64,000 nucleotides of DNA, from contig JBEKSD010000002.1 of assembly GCA_049517335.1 (NCBI GenBank), positions 32,001-96,000 on the forward strand, in the 5' to 3' direction. Position numbers and translations under genes: made by a program. The notes under the pieces were generated by a model. It was given only the letters and a program-made list of their open reading frames with translations, was not told where the DNA came from and ran no database searches. The DNA is from Candidatus Omnitrophota bacterium. Lineage in GTDB: Bacteria > Omnitrophota > Gorgyraeia > Gygaellales > Profunditerraquicolaceae. This document shows, in pieces, positions 28,999 to 42,349 of this stretch (position 1 is its first letter; the number at the start of each line of letters is the position of its first letter).

Positions 28999-30972
28999 AT
29001 GCCTGCCTTCAAACTCGTTTCAAATTATAAGCCGTGCGGCGACCAGCCAAAGGCGATAAACGAGTTAACTTCTTGCCTGAAATCAGGAAAACAATACCAG
29101 ACTCTTTTGGGCGTTACCGGTTCAGGAAAAACCTTTACCTTAGCCAACGTAATTGAAAATTTAAATCTGCCAACGCTGGTCATATCCCATAATAAAACTT
29201 TAGCCGCTCAGCTTTACTCGGAATTCAGGGAATTCTTCCCTCATAATGCGGTTGAATATTTCGTCAGTTATTATGATTATTACCAGCCTGAAGCTTACGT
29301 GCCATCAACCGATACCTACATTGAGAAAGACGCCTCCATTAATGACCGGCTTGACCGTTTGCGCCTTTCGGCAACCACATCGCTAATGAGCAGAAAAGAT
29401 GTTATAATCGTGGCATCTGTTTCCTGTATATATAACCTCGGCTCACCAGATGACTACCGTGATATGCTCGTCTTCCTTAAAAAAGGAGAGGAATTTTCCC
29501 GCGATAAGCTGATTGTAAAACTTATCCAAATACAATATGAACGCAATGATTATGAATTTGTCAGAGGCAGGATACGCGTACGCGGAGACGTAGTGGAAGT
29601 TTTCCCGTCTTATGAAGAGACAGCAGTACGTATTGGACTCTCCGGAGAAATAATTGAAAACATACATGAATTTAATCCCGTTTCGGGAAATAAGATAGCC
29701 ACCCTTGAAAATATAGCAATTTATCCGGCAAAACATTTTATCGTATCAGGGGAAGGGATTGAAAGTGCACTTAAATCAATCAAGCTTGAATTAGAAGAAC
29801 AGCTTGAATTATTAAAATTAAAAAATAAGCTACTTGAGGCACAGCGACTTGAATCGCGCACAAATTACGACCTTGAGATGCTCAAAGAAATCGGATACTG
29901 CCATGGGATTGAAAATTACTCAAGGCATATCTCAGCCAGGCCTTCCGGATCAAGGCCGTTTTCATTAATAGATTATTTTCAGGGGAATTTTTTAACCATT
30001 ATTGACGAATCACACGTAACTATACCCCAGATAAGGGGTATGTATGAAGGCGACAAAGCAAGGAAAGAAATTTTAGTTGAGTACGGCTTCCGCCTGCCGT
30101 CCTGCCTTGATAACCGCCCGCTTAAATTCAATGAATTTGAAGAGTTAATCAAACAGGAAGTCTTTGTTTCCGCCACTCCCGATAAATACGAACTTAGCAA
30201 GTCGGAAGATAAAGTTATTGAACAGATAATCCGTCCTACGGGATTAGTGGACCCCGAAATAATCATAAAACCTACGGAAAACCAGATAGACGACTTAATT
30301 GAAGAAATAAAAAAACGCGCTAAAAGTGAGGAACGCGTTTTAGTTACTACATTAACCAAACGCATGGCTGAAGAAATAACTAATTATTTACAAGAAAAGG
30401 GATTAAAGGTAAAATACCTCCATTCTGAAATTGAGACTATCGAGCGGTCAAAGATATTGAGGGATTTAAGGAAAAAAGAATTTGACTGCCTTGTAGGCAT
30501 AAACCTTTTAAGAGAGGGACTGGATCTACCGGAAGTTTCCTTGGTCGCTATTTTAGACGCGGATAAAGAGGGCTTCCTGCGTTCTGCAACCAGTTTAATC
30601 CAGGTTTCCGGCCGGGCTGCGCGCAATATCAATGGGAAAGTCATAATGTACGCGGATGATATCACCGGTTCAATGAAAAAGGCCATTGACGAGAGCTCCC
30701 GCCGCAGGAAGATTCAGTTTGAATTTAACAAAAAAAATAATATTACGCCTCGCTCCATCCAGAAAGAAATAAAATACGGCATTGAAGATTTGGCAAGAGC
30801 GGAAGAGTTCGTTCAGGAATTGACGGGTGAAGCAAAAGACGAATACGAACTAAAAAAGTATATATCCGAACTTGAGTACGAAATGGAGTTATCCGCGCGC
30901 AACCTCCAGTTTGAGCAGGCTGCGCAGCTAAGGGATAAAATAAAGGAGTTAAAACAGGGAGGCTTAAGTTAA
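28999..30972 (+). CDS. uvrB: Excinuclease ABC subunit B
   Basis: [32 protein letters not shown]. Confidence 0.98.
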   Translation: MPAFKLVSNYKPCGDQPKAINELTSCLKSGKQYQTLLGVTGSGKTFTLANVIENLNLPTLVISHNKTLAAQLYSEFREFFPHNAVEYFVSYYDYYQPEAYVPSTDTYIEKDASINDRLDRLRLSATTSLMSRKDVIIVASVSCIYNLGSPDDYRDMLVFLKKGEEFSRDKLIVKLIQIQYERNDYEFVRGRIRVRGDVVEVFPSYEETAVRIGLSGEIIENIHEFNPVSGNKIATLENIAIYPAKHFIVSGEGIESALKSIKLELEEQLELLKLKNKLLEAQRLESRTNYDLEMLKEIGYCHGIENYSRHISARPSGSRPFSLIDYFQGNFLTIIDESHVTIPQIRGMYEGDKARKEILVEYGFRLPSCLDNRPLKFNEFEELIKQEVFVSATPDKYELSKSEDKVIEQIIRPTGLVDPEIIIKPTENQIDDLIEEIKKRAKSEERVLVTTLTKRMAEEITNYLQEKGLKVKYLHSEIETIERSKILRDLRKKEFDCLVGINLLREGLDLPEVSLVAILDADKEGFLRSATSLIQVSGRAARNINGKVIMYADDITGSMKKAIDESSRRRKIQFEFNKKNNITPRSIQKEIKYGIEDLARAEEFVQELTGEAKDEYELKKYISELEYEMELSARNLQFEQAAQLRDKIKELKQGGLS

Positions 30973-30974
30973 AG

Positions 30975-31712
30975 ATGCTGTTAGCGATAGACATAGGGAA
31001 TACAAATATAAGCTTTGGAATATTCGAATCCCGTAAAATCATAAAAAGATTCGATATTCCAACGAAAGCTTTTACTTCCGGAGCCTTAAAAAAACGTTTA
31101 AGTAATATAAAAATTAGGGATTGCCTTATTTCCAGCGTTGTTCCTCCGGTTACAAGAAAGGTCTATAACAGTATAAAGAATATCACCGGGCGCAAGGCGC
31201 ATATAATAGGTAAAGATATAAAGGTTCCAATTAAGAATTTATACCGCTCTCCCGCAGAGGTAGGGCAGGACCGTTTGGTGAATGCTTATGCAGGAGTAAG
31301 GCTTTATGGTGCCCCTTTAATCGTAGTTGATTTTGGGACTGCGGTTACTTTTGATGTAATATCAAAAAGGAAGGAATATCTCGGAGGGATGATCCTACCC
31401 GGCTTGCAGCTTTGCCTTGAAGCGCTGGCGCAAAAAACCGCTTTGTTACCTGAGGTTAAATTAAAAAAACCCGATGACTTTATCGCCAGAGACACAAAAA
31501 ACAGCATGCTAAGTGGGATAGTTTACGGTTATGCAGCGTTAAGCAAAAGTTTAATAAAGAGAATAAAAAAAGAGATGGGCAGTAGAACAAAGGTAATAGG
31601 TACGGGAGGGAATGTAAAGATAATTTCGCAATTTTGTGCTAATATAGGCAAAATTGACCCCTATCTTACTTTAAAAGGAATTAACCTGATCTATCACGGA
31701 GAGTATTTATGA
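30975..31712 (+). CDS. coaX: Type III pantothenate kinase
   Basis: DIGNT, VGQDR, VDFGTAVT, GG.I.PG. Confidence 0.95.
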   Translation: MLLAIDIGNTNISFGIFESRKIIKRFDIPTKAFTSGALKKRLSNIKIRDCLISSVVPPVTRKVYNSIKNITGRKAHIIGKDIKVPIKNLYRSPAEVGQDRLVNAYAGVRLYGAPLIVVDFGTAVTFDVISKRKEYLGGMILPGLQLCLEALAQKTALLPEVKLKKPDDFIARDTKNSMLSGIVYGYAALSKSLIKRIKKEMGSRTKVIGTGGNVKIISQFCANIGKIDPYLTLKGINLIYHGEYL

Positions 31713-32116
31713 TAAAGGCAAAAAAAGAAGCTTTCACCGTCCTTGAAATGCTGGTTGTAGTGGGGGTTATTGCAATAGTCTCCGCCATAATCATCCCCAA
31801 TCTGTTTATGGCAAGAATGACGGCGAATGAGGCGGCGGCAAAGAGTAACCTGCGCAGCATAGCGGCAGCTGCTGAAACCCTATATGCTTCCAAAAACCAT
31901 TATCCCGATGATTTGACGGAATTTGAAAACTTCCTCCAGTCGGCAAGAACCTTCTGTGCTGATTTAAACGGCACAAAAAGCGAGTATAAAGGTTATGATT
32001 ATTCCTGCACTTCCGACGTAAACGGTTATACTTTTGAAGCGTCTCCCGTAACTTTGGGAATGACCGGCAGCATTACCTATACCGTAACTACAGGTGGAAT
32101 ATTGACTCCTTTGTAA
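31709..32116 (+). CDS. Type IV pilin/pseudopilin-like protein
   Basis: KKEA|FTVLEMLVVVGVIAIV prepilin motif with E5; ANEAAA..LRSI. Confidence 0.85.
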   Translation: MIKAKKEAFTVLEMLVVVGVIAIVSAIIIPNLFMARMTANEAAAKSNLRSIAAAAETLYASKNHYPDDLTEFENFLQSARTFCADLNGTKSEYKGYDYSCTSDVNGYTFEASPVTLGMTGSITYTVTTGGILTPL

Positions 32117-32140
32117 GAATTAGAGATACTAAAAAAATTC

Positions 32141-32168
32141 TTGACAAGATTTTTTTTTGATTTATAAT
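32141..32168 (+). promoter_or_regulatory. Sigma70 promoter of groESL
   Basis: TTGACA-16 nt-TATAAT. Confidence 0.8.
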
Positions 32169-32194
32169 TAGCACTCTTGAAGAAAGAGTGCTAA
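32168..32194. promoter_or_regulatory. CIRCE element (HrcA operator)
   Basis: Perfect TTAGCACTC-N9-GAGTGCTAA upstream of groES. Confidence 0.97.
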
Positions 32195-32229
32195 CATAAC
32201 CAATAAACTTTTATAAGGAGGTGTAAGAA

Positions 32230-32520
32230 ATGGATATTAGACCGTTGGGCGACCGCATAGTTGTCAAACCCTTGGAAGCAGAAAGCAAAACCAAGGGAGG
32301 CATAGTCCTGCCTGATGCAGCCAAAGAAAAACCACAAGAAGGTAAAATCGTCGCTATTGGCAAGGGTAAAACTTTAGAAAGTGGCGCAATACAAACACCT
32401 GAAGTAAAGGTAGGAGATAAGGTATTATACGGAAAATACTCCGGAAACGAGATTACTACCAAAGAAGGCGAAGAATTATTGATTATGCGTGAAGATGATA
32501 TTTTAGCAATTATCAAATAA
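32230..32520 (+). CDS. groES: Co-chaperonin GroES
   Basis: [21 protein letters not shown]. Confidence 0.98.
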   Translation: MDIRPLGDRIVVKPLEAESKTKGGIVLPDAAKEKPQEGKIVAIGKGKTLESGAIQTPEVKVGDKVLYGKYSGNEITTKEGEELLIMREDDILAIIK

Positions 32521-32534
32521 CAAGGAGAGAATGA

Positions 32535-34178
<1,644 letters not shown>

Positions 34179-34208
34179 TCAGGTAACAGGTAGCGATAAA
34201 AGTGAAGC

Positions 34209-34256
34209 ACCATAAAAAGGGGACGGGCTCCTAGGAGCCCGTCCCCTTTTTATGGT
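34209..34256. terminator. Bidirectional terminator / perfect 48-bp palindrome after groEL
   Basis: ACCATAAAAAGGGGACGGGCTCCT|AGGAGCCCGTCCCCTTTTTATGGT. Confidence 0.85.
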
Positions 34257-34278
34257 TTTTATAGTATTAAAAAAGTTA

Positions 34279-34307
34279 TTGACAATGTTATCTGTATGGT
34301 GTAAAAT
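34279..34307 (+). promoter_or_regulatory. Sigma70 promoter of guaBA
   Basis: TTGACA-17 nt-TAAAAT. Confidence 0.7.
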
Positions 34308-34394
34308 TTAACATCCTTTCAGTAATTGTTCCTCAAAAGGGAAAAATCATAATTCTTTGCACAACAACAACTTATAAAAAATGAGGAGTTAGAA

Positions 34395-35555
34395 ATGGCA
34401 GAGTGGATTGGCATAGGCAGAAGAGGCCGCAGATGCTATGGCTTTGATGAAATCGCATTAGTCCCGGGAGCGCAGACTGTAAATCCCGAAGAAGTAGATA
34501 CTTCTTTTGAAATTGACGGTAAAAGGTTCAAAATCCCTATACTTGCTGCGGCAATGGACGGCGTGGTTGACGTAAAATTCGCAGTTGAAATGTCTAAATT
34601 AGGCGGTATTGCCGTATTGAATTTAGACGGTGTGCAAACCAGATATGAAAACCCGGATTCCGTCTTAGAGCAGATTGCCAAAGCCACCCCGCAAAAAGCT
34701 ACAGAATTAACCCAGTCCGTATATACCAAACCTATAAAAGAAAACTTGATAACAAAGAGAGTTTCCGAGATAAAGCGTAAAAAAGGAACCAGCGTGGTAA
34801 GCTGTATTCCCGCGCACGCTGAAAAATTTTCTAAGTTAGCGATAGCTGCGGGAGCGGATATGTTTGTGGTCCAGTCCACGGTTACAACTACTAAACATAT
34901 CGCCAAGGAATACAAGAGCCTTGACCTTTATAAATTCGTCAAATCAGTTAAAATTCCGGTTATTCTCGGTAACTGCGTAACTTATGAGACAACTTTAGAG
35001 CTTATGGAAACCGGTGCTACCGGCCTTTTAATTGGAGTTGGCCCGGGCGCTGCCTGCACAACCAGAGGAGTATTGGGGATAGGCGTGCCTCAGGTAACCG
35101 CGACCGTAGATGCGGCAGCAGCAAGGGACTTCTATTTTAAGCGAACCGGTAGGCACGTTGCCATAATCACCGACGGCGGAATGAACCGCGGAGGGGACGT
35201 CTGTAAAGCGTTTGCTTGCGGAGCGGATGCAGTGATGATCGGCTCAAGTTTTGCCCGGGCAAAAGAAGCCCCGGGCAAGGGTTATCACTGGGGCATGGCT
35301 ACTTCTCACGTTAACCTGCCGCGAGGGACACGCATTTATGTAGGAACTACCGGCTCTTTAAAAGAAATCATCCTCGGGCCCGCGCGCGTTGATGACGGCT
35401 CCCAAAACTTAATCGGCGCATTAAAAACTTCAATGGGCTCGCTGGGCGCCTCAAATTTAAAAGAAATGCACGATGTGGAAATAATTATTGCACCTTCAAT
35501 TCAAACTGAAGGAAAAATATTCCAGGTAGGGCAAAGGGTAGGAATGGGAAAATGA
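34395..35555 (+). CDS. guaB: IMP dehydrogenase family protein (GuaB3-like, no CBS domains)
   Basis: [27 protein letters not shown] catalytic Cys. Confidence 0.9.
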   Translation: MAEWIGIGRRGRRCYGFDEIALVPGAQTVNPEEVDTSFEIDGKRFKIPILAAAMDGVVDVKFAVEMSKLGGIAVLNLDGVQTRYENPDSVLEQIAKATPQKATELTQSVYTKPIKENLITKRVSEIKRKKGTSVVSCIPAHAEKFSKLAIAAGADMFVVQSTVTTTKHIAKEYKSLDLYKFVKSVKIPVILGNCVTYETTLELMETGATGLLIGVGPGAACTTRGVLGIGVPQVTATVDAAAARDFYFKRTGRHVAIITDGGMNRGGDVCKAFACGADAVMIGSSFARAKEAPGKGYHWGMATSHVNLPRGTRIYVGTTGSLKEIILGPARVDDGSQNLIGALKTSMGSLGASNLKEMHDVEIIIAPSIQTEGKIFQVGQRVGMGK

Positions 35556-37198
35556 AAACAAAACGCAAAACAAAAAAACCGGCTAAGAAACAAAGTAAAA
35601 AACAAGCCAGAAAACGAGTCAGGAAAACAAAAATTAAACTTATTAAAGCTGAAAAAACAACAAGACAAACAATATTAATCCTTGATTTCGGTTCTCAATA
35701 TACGCAATTAATCGCGCGCAGAGTCCGGGAAAATAAAGTATTTTCTAAAATTATTCCTTTTAATACCCCAGTAGATGAAATTGCCGCAATGGCACCCAAA
35801 GGACTAATCCTTTCAGGCGGGCCTGCTTCGGCCGTAGAAAAAAAGAGCCCGCTACCGGATAAAGGTATTTTTAAATTAGGGATTCCGATCCTTGGAATAT
35901 GCTACGGAATGCAGGTTACTGCTGAACTTTTAGACGGAAAGGTTAAGCACACGAAAGAACGGGAATACGGAAAAGCCGAATTGTTCGTTGATGATAATCG
36001 CGATATTTTCACCCATTTGCCGGGTAATTTTACCTGCTGGGCAAGCCACGGGGATTATGTGGCCAAACTTCCCGCTGGCTTCCACATAGCAGCGCACACG
36101 ATGAATGCGCCAATAGCCGCAATTTCAAACCCGAAAAGAAAAATTTACGGCGTGCAATTCCATCCAGAAGTAACCCACACGGAAAAAGGAAACCAGATTT
36201 TGAGCAACTTCCTTTTTAAAATCTGCGGTTGCCTTGCCCGCTGGACCATGCATTCTTTTATCAAGAACACAATTGAAAACATTAAAAAAACGGTGGGAAA
36301 AGATAAAGTGGTTTTGGGCTTAAGCGGAGGAGTGGATTCTTCGGTAGCCGCCCTCCTTTTACACAGCGCCATAGGTAAGAATTCAAGGTGCATATTTATC
36401 GATAACGGGCTCCTGCGTAAAGACGAGCCCCAGCAGATAAAGAGAGTTTTTAAAGAGGGATTCCACCTTAACCTTGACTATGTGGATAGAAGTAAAAGGT
36501 TTTTAGAGCGCTTAAAAGGTATAACTGACCCGGAAGAGAAACGTAAAATCATAGGAGATGAGTTTATAAAGGTTTTTGAAGAAGAGGCAGAGAAAGTCAA
36601 GGGCGTAAAATTTTTGGCTCAAGGTACTCTTTACCCAGATGTGATTGAATCAATCTCTCCCAGCGGAGCGCCCAGCAGGAAAATCAAAAGCCACCATAAT
36701 GTCGGCGGGCTTCCTGCGCATATGAAACTAAAACTGATTGAGCCTTTAAGAGAAATATTCAAAGATGAGGTGCGTCAAATAGGCAGAGAACTAAACCTTC
36801 CCGATATAATCCTCACCAGACAGCCTTTCCCGGGGCCGGGTCTGGCTATCAGGATTATCGGCGAAATTATGCCTGAGCGCCTGGATTTATTGCGCGAGGT
36901 GGATAAGCGGGTCGTAGAAGAAATCCACAAGGCAAACCTCTATGAGCAAATCTGGCAGTCATTTGCTATTTTACTACCTATTAAGAGTGTCGGGATCATG
37001 GGGGATGAACGCACCTATGAGAACGTCGCCGCTGTCAGGTGTGTGACAAGCATAGACGGTATGACTGCGGACTGGGTAAGGCTCCCCTATGAAGTAATGG
37101 AGAAAATTTCCAACCGGATTATTAATGAAGTCAAAGGCATAAACCGCGTAGTTTACGACATTTCATCAAAGCCGCCCGCAACGATAGAATGGGAATAA
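35552..37198 (+). CDS. guaA: GMP synthase with Lys/Arg-rich N-terminal extension
   Basis: [39 protein letters not shown]. Confidence 0.98.
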   Translation: MKTKRKTKKPAKKQSKKQARKRVRKTKIKLIKAEKTTRQTILILDFGSQYTQLIARRVRENKVFSKIIPFNTPVDEIAAMAPKGLILSGGPASAVEKKSPLPDKGIFKLGIPILGICYGMQVTAELLDGKVKHTKEREYGKAELFVDDNRDIFTHLPGNFTCWASHGDYVAKLPAGFHIAAHTMNAPIAAISNPKRKIYGVQFHPEVTHTEKGNQILSNFLFKICGCLARWTMHSFIKNTIENIKKTVGKDKVVLGLSGGVDSSVAALLLHSAIGKNSRCIFIDNGLLRKDEPQQIKRVFKEGFHLNLDYVDRSKRFLERLKGITDPEEKRKIIGDEFIKVFEEEAEKVKGVKFLAQGTLYPDVIESISPSGAPSRKIKSHHNVGGLPAHMKLKLIEPLREIFKDEVRQIGRELNLPDIILTRQPFPGPGLAIRIIGEIMPERLDLLREVDKRVVEEIHKANLYEQIWQSFAILLPIKSVGIMGDERTYENVAAVRCVTSIDGMTADWVRLPYEVMEKISNRIINEVKGINRVVYDISSKPPATIEWE

Positions 37199-37231
37199 AT
37201 CAGTTAACTGACTAACTGGCTAACTTATAAC

Positions 37232-40200
37232 ATGCCGCGAAGCGAATTCGTCCACCTGCATTTACATACCCAATACAGCCTTTTAGACGGCGCCTGCCGC
37301 ATCCCGGAGTTACTGGCTTTAGCTAATCAATTCAAAATGGGTTCAATTGCGATTACCGACCATGGGAATATGTTCGGCGCAATTGATTTTTACGTTGAAG
37401 CTCAGAAAGCCGGGATTAAACCGATTATCGGATGCGAAGCGTATATCGCACCCGCAAGTAGGTTTGACAAGTCCACTTCGGGAATTGAAGACGCAGCTTA
37501 CCATTTAATACTTTTAGCTAAAGATGAAACCGGCTATTCAAATTTAATGAAGCTGGTATCCTGCGGTTATCTGGAAGGTTTCTATTACCGCCCGCGTATA
37601 GACAAAGAAATATTGGCGCAGTGCTCAAAAGGCTTAATCGGCATGACTGCCTGTTTAAAAGGAGAGGTTCCTGTCCTTCTCCAGCAGAGAAGGTTTAATG
37701 ACGCTTTAAAATGCGCGGATACCTACCTGCAGATATTCGGGAAAGACAACTTTTTCCTAGAACTGCAGGGTAATTCCATTCCCGAACAGAAACTCGTCAA
37801 CGAAGATTTAATTAAGCTTTCTAAAGAACTCAATATCCCGCTGGTTGCCACTAACGACGTTCATTATTTAACCAAAGAAAGGGCCTCGTCCCATGAGGCA
37901 TTATTGTGCATCCAGACGCAGACGACCCTTGAAGACCCTAACCGCATGCGTTTCCAGACCGATGAATTTTATTTTACTTCGCCCCTTGAGATGAAAAAGC
38001 TTTTTAACAGCTTACCTGAAGCAATAAACAATACGATTGCGGTTGCCGAACGCTGCAACCTTGAGCTAGATTTCAATAAAGTACACCTGCCTAAATATGA
38101 AGCTCCCGTAGGAATCAGCAAAGAAGAATACCTACGCCAACTTTGCGAAGAAGGGTTAAAACGAAGATACGACAAAATTTCCCTCGAGATTTCATCCCGA
38201 TTGGAACATGAACTCAAAATCATCAAAGATATGGGTTTTGTCAGCTATTTCCTCATCGTCTGGGACTTCATTCATTACGCTAAAAAAGAAAGTATCCCCG
38301 TTGGACCGGGAAGAGGCTCAGCCGCAGGAAGCCTGGTAAGTTATCTGCTCGGGATTACTGACCTTGACCCGTTAAAATACGGCCTGCTTTTTGAAAGATT
38401 CCTGAATCCCGAACGTATGGGGCTACCTGATATTGATATAGATTTCTGTTATGAAAGAAGACAAGAAGTAATCAATTATGTCACTAATAAATACGGACAG
38501 GAGAACGTAGCGCAGATTATCACTTTCGGGACCATGCAGGCCAGAGCAGTTGTGCGCGATGTAGGAAGGGTTATGGGGATACCCTATGCCGATGTTGACC
38601 GCATTGCCAAACTTATACCTCCTGAACTTGATATGACTTTAAAGAAAGCTCTTGATAGCGAAGCAGAGTTGATGAATTTATATAAGAACGACCCTCAAAT
38701 AAGTAAACTGATAAATACGGCGCTGGCGCTTGAAGGTTTAAACAGACATGCTTCCGTACATGCGGCGGGAGTTGTTATCGCAGATAAACCCCTTGATAAT
38801 TATAGCCCGCTTTTTAAGACCGGAGATGATCAGGTTACTACCGGGTATAGTATGGGGGTATTAGAAAAAATCGGCTTATTAAAAGTAGATTTCTTAGGTC
38901 TAAGGACCTTAACGGTAATTGACGAAACCATAAAGCTTGTCAAGCAAACACAGGGTAAAATTATTAACCTTGAGACTTTGCCCCTTGATGACCCAAAAAC
39001 TTATAAACTTCTTGCTTCCGCCCAGACTTCCGGAGTGTTTCAGGTTGAAAGCTCAGGCATGCGCGACCTCTTAAAGAAGATGGAGCCAAGCCGTTTTGAA
39101 GACCTAATCGCTTTGCTTGCATTATACAGGCCCGGCCCTATCGGCTCAGGCATGCTTGACGATTATATCCGGCGTAAACAAAATCTGGTCCCCATTAAAT
39201 ACGAACATCCGAAGCTTGAGCCGATTTTAAAAGAAACCTACGGAATAATGGTCTATCAGGAACAAATCATGGAGATTGCCTCCAGCCTAGCCGGCTTCAG
39301 CCTCGCTCAGGCGGACTTATTGCGCAAGGCCATGGGCAAGAAGATTCCCGAAGTCATGGAGAAACAAAGGAACAATTTTATTTTAGGGTGCGTTAAAGGC
39401 AACATCAGGGAATTAACCGCCAGTAAGATATTTGACTTAATTGAATACTTTTCCGGCTATGGCTTTAATAAGTCGCATTCAACCGCTTATGCCTTAATCT
39501 CCTACCGCACAGCGTATTTAAAAGCAAATTATCCGGTTGAATTTATGAGCGCTTTACTTACTTCCGAACGTAATAATACGGACAAAATCGTGGAATACGT
39601 TAATGAAGCCGGGCGTATGGGAATAACTGTCCTGCCGCCGGATATCAACGAGAGCGAGGCGCTATTTAAAGCAATTGACTCAAAAACAATCCGTTTCGGC
39701 TTGCTGGCCATAAAAAATGTGGGCGCAGGGTCGGTTGAATCAATTATCGCATCAAGAAAAGGTTCTAAATTTACCTCTCTGGAGGACCTCTGTTCATATA
39801 TTGATTTAAGGCTGGCAAATAAAAAGGTCTTAGAAAGCCTAATTAAATGCGGGGCACTTGATTGTTTTAATCTTCCCCGGGCGCAGATGTTTGCATCGTT
39901 AGAATTTATTCTGGAATCAGCTTCACGCACCCAGAAAGAGAAAGCTAAGGGACAGATTTCTTTCTTTGATACCGCTTTCGCGCAGAACGGCTTCCATAAT
40001 GGCGCTTCATCCATAAACATTCCGCACATCAAAGAGTGGCCGGAACCGCAGCTTTTGGCATTTGAAAAAGATATGCTCGGGTTTTATGTGAGCGGCCACC
40101 CTTTAGCCCGCTATGCCCGGCAATTGAGGCGGTTTGCCTCAACCACAACCTCAAACTTAAAATCGCATCAGGATGAAGAAGAGGTCAAAATCGTAGGGCT

Positions 40201-40672
40201 TATCGCTAAAATCAAACAGACTATCACAAGAGCAAAGCAGGAAAAAATGGCCATCTTAAAACTTGAGGACCTTGAAGGTTCGGTTGAGACGCTGGTCTTT
40301 CCGCGCGCATACCTTAAAGTGTCCCGTTATATCCAGCCCGGCACTGTAGTCTTAGTCAGGGGAATACTTAATTTAAAAGAAGATACCCCGAAAATCATCG
40401 TAAATGACCTTTTTCCTGTTGAAGAAATATATAAATTAATCTCAAGTTTAAATATTAACCTTTCCGGATTGCGGGAAAATATTTTTGAAAGCCTTAAGGA
40501 AGTCCTAACATCTTCCAGCGGTAATATTCCCATTTATCTCCACCTTGATTCTCATAACAAATCAAGGGTGCAGGTTGTGGTGGGAGAGGGACTTTATGTA
40601 ACCCCCTCTGAAAAGCTTATCCACGATATTGAAAACCTGCTCGGTGAAGAACGTTTAACTGTGGTAATTTAA
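37232..40672 (+). CDS. dnaE: DNA polymerase III alpha subunit
   Basis: HLHLHTQYSLLDG PHP, GRGSAAGS, PDIDIDF, YGFNKSHS; no intein seen. Confidence 0.98.
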   Translation: MPRSEFVHLHLHTQYSLLDGACRIPELLALANQFKMGSIAITDHGNMFGAIDFYVEAQKAGIKPIIGCEAYIAPASRFDKSTSGIEDAAYHLILLAKDETGYSNLMKLVSCGYLEGFYYRPRIDKEILAQCSKGLIGMTACLKGEVPVLLQQRRFNDALKCADTYLQIFGKDNFFLELQGNSIPEQKLVNEDLIKLSKELNIPLVATNDVHYLTKERASSHEALLCIQTQTTLEDPNRMRFQTDEFYFTSPLEMKKLFNSLPEAINNTIAVAERCNLELDFNKVHLPKYEAPVGISKEEYLRQLCEEGLKRRYDKISLEISSRLEHELKIIKDMGFVSYFLIVWDFIHYAKKESIPVGPGRGSAAGSLVSYLLGITDLDPLKYGLLFERFLNPERMGLPDIDIDFCYERRQEVINYVTNKYGQENVAQIITFGTMQARAVVRDVGRVMGIPYADVDRIAKLIPPELDMTLKKALDSEAELMNLYKNDPQISKLINTALALEGLNRHASVHAAGVVIADKPLDNYSPLFKTGDDQVTTGYSMGVLEKIGLLKVDFLGLRTLTVIDETIKLVKQTQGKIINLETLPLDDPKTYKLLASAQTSGVFQVESSGMRDLLKKMEPSRFEDLIALLALYRPGPIGSGMLDDYIRRKQNLVPIKYEHPKLEPILKETYGIMVYQEQIMEIASSLAGFSLAQADLLRKAMGKKIPEVMEKQRNNFILGCVKGNIRELTASKIFDLIEYFSGYGFNKSHSTAYALISYRTAYLKANYPVEFMSALLTSERNNTDKIVEYVNEAGRMGITVLPPDINESEALFKAIDSKTIRFGLLAIKNVGAGSVESIIASRKGSKFTSLEDLCSYIDLRLANKKVLESLIKCGALDCFNLPRAQMFASLEFILESASRTQKEKAKGQISFFDTAFAQNGFHNGASSINIPHIKEWPEPQLLAFEKDMLGFYVSGHPLARYARQLRRFASTTTSNLKSHQDEEEVKIVGLIAKIKQTITRAKQEKMAILKLEDLEGSVETLVFPRAYLKVSRYIQPGTVVLVRGILNLKEDTPKIIVNDLFPVEEIYKLISSLNINLSGLRENIFESLKEVLTSSSGNIPIYLHLDSHNKSRVQVVVGEGLYVTPSEKLIHDIENLLGEERLTVVI

Positions 40673-40698
40673 CGTCTGCAGTCTAATTAGATTTCCGC

Positions 40699-40727
40699 TT
40701 GACATCGTAAGTTTTTGGTGTTACTAT
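40699..40727 (+). promoter_or_regulatory. Sigma70 promoter of the HU gene
   Basis: TTGACA-17 nt-TACTAT. Confidence 0.65.
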
Positions 40728-40742
40728 ATTTAGCAATAAGCT

Positions 40743-40795
40743 TGCCTGTCTACCGACAGGTAGATCTGATGAGCAGGCAGGCCCGCCTACGGCGG
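40743..40795. repeat. REP-like GC-rich short hairpins in the HU 5' UTR
   Basis: TGCCTGTC-TACC-GACAGGTA and CCGCC-TAC-GGCGG. Confidence 0.55.
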
Positions 40796-40809
40796 ACAGG
40801 GAGGATAAA

Positions 40810-41082
40810 ATGACCAAAAAAGATATCATACTAAAAGTTTCAGATCAGAGCAATTTAAAGCAAATTAACGTTAAAGAAGTGGTACAGAAGACTTTTGACT
40901 GCATTATAGATGCCCTTGTCCGGGGCGAAAAGATTGAATTGCGCAATTTCGGCGTCTTTAAGGTCAAACAGAGAAAGAGCCGCACAGGCAGGAATCCGCG
41001 TACCAATCAGGTAATTCCAGTCCCACCGAGAAAGGTAGTCGTCTTTAAAGCCGGCTTAGAAATGAAACAAAAAATAAAATAA
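40810..41082 (+). CDS. HU/IHF family DNA-binding protein
   Basis: MTKKDII, IELRNFGVF, GRNPRT, VVFKAG. Confidence 0.95.
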   Translation: MTKKDIILKVSDQSNLKQINVKEVVQKTFDCIIDALVRGEKIELRNFGVFKVKQRKSRTGRNPRTNQVIPVPPRKVVVFKAGLEMKQKIK

Positions 41083-41110
41083 CCCTCTTACAAAAACAAA
41101 ACCTAAAATA

Positions 41111-42349
41111 ATGTTTAAACGGATAGCGGGAACAAAGGATATTTTACCGGATGAGGTTCCTCTTTGGCAGGAGATTGAAAAGATAAGCCGCGATATATTT
41201 TTTCTTTATAACTATAAAGAAATACGATCGCCCTTAATTGAAGAGGAAGCTTTATTTAACCGCTCTCTGGGAGAAAACGCAGAGATTGTTCAAAAACAGA
41301 TGTTTCTCATCAGGAACAAGGAAGAAGTTTATGCGCTCCGGCCCGAAGGGACCGCGTCGGTAGTGCGCGCTTACATAGAAAATAATCTGGATAAGACCTT
41401 GGGGTTTGCTAAATTGTATTATATCGGCCCAATGTTCCGGCTTGAACGACCCCAGAAAGGCAGGCTACGCCAGTTTTATCACATTGGCTGTGAAGTAATC
41501 GGCTCCTCCGAGCCGAATTCGGACGTTGAGGTAGTCTCGCTTGCGGATACGTTATTAAAAAAACTTTCTATCAACGGATATACAATTAAATTAAACACGC
41601 TCGGCTGCTCAAAAGACAAAATAGAACTAAATAACTATATTGCTAAAGCATTAAAAGATAAATTTGCAAAACTTTGCGATGACTGCAAAGTGAGGATCAA
41701 AAAAAATCCTTTAAGGGTACTTGACTGTAAGAACGAAACCTGCCGGGATATCGTAAAGGGGCTGAATATAACCGATACCCACATCTGTCCTGAGTGCAAA
41801 GCGCAGTTTGCAAAAGTAAAAGAAGGGCTGGATAGTTTAGGCGTAAAATATGAAATTACCCCCTTACTTGTGCGTGGCCTTGATTATTATACGGGGACAA
41901 TCTTTGAAGTCACTCATCCTGAATTAGGTTCACAGGATGCCATCGGAGCAGGAGGAAGATATAATAACCTAGTTAAAGAGTTAGGCGGAGCGCAAACCGG
42001 GGCAACCGGTTTTGCATTTGGGGGAGAGCGTTTAATCTTAGCCACAAAATTAGGCATAAATAATAAAGCGAAAACCCTGGTTTACCTGATTACCCTCGGA
42101 GAAGATGCAAAGAAACTCGGAGTTATATTGCTGGCTGACTTACGGCTAAACGGTATCCCTGCCGACTCTGACTATGAAGGAAAATCTTTAAAAGGTGCGA
42201 TGCGCAAAGCTAATGACTTGTCGGCAAAATTTGTTTTGATAATAGGAGAAAACGAATTGAAGAGTGGATTGGTGACTTTAAGAAATATGACTTCGGGGAA
42301 ACAAAAAGAGATCAAGATGATAAACCTTATAGAGGAATTAAAATGTTAA
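41111..42349 (+). CDS. hisS: Histidine-tRNA ligase
   Basis: LRPEGTAS, ERPQKGR.RQF, LVRGLDYY, GGRY. Confidence 0.97.
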   Translation: MFKRIAGTKDILPDEVPLWQEIEKISRDIFFLYNYKEIRSPLIEEEALFNRSLGENAEIVQKQMFLIRNKEEVYALRPEGTASVVRAYIENNLDKTLGFAKLYYIGPMFRLERPQKGRLRQFYHIGCEVIGSSEPNSDVEVVSLADTLLKKLSINGYTIKLNTLGCSKDKIELNNYIAKALKDKFAKLCDDCKVRIKKNPLRVLDCKNETCRDIVKGLNITDTHICPECKAQFAKVKEGLDSLGVKYEITPLLVRGLDYYTGTIFEVTHPELGSQDAIGAGGRYNNLVKELGGAQTGATGFAFGGERLILATKLGINNKAKTLVYLITLGEDAKKLGVILLADLRLNGIPADSDYEGKSLKGAMRKANDLSAKFVLIIGENELKSGLVTLRNMTSGKQKEIKMINLIEELKC

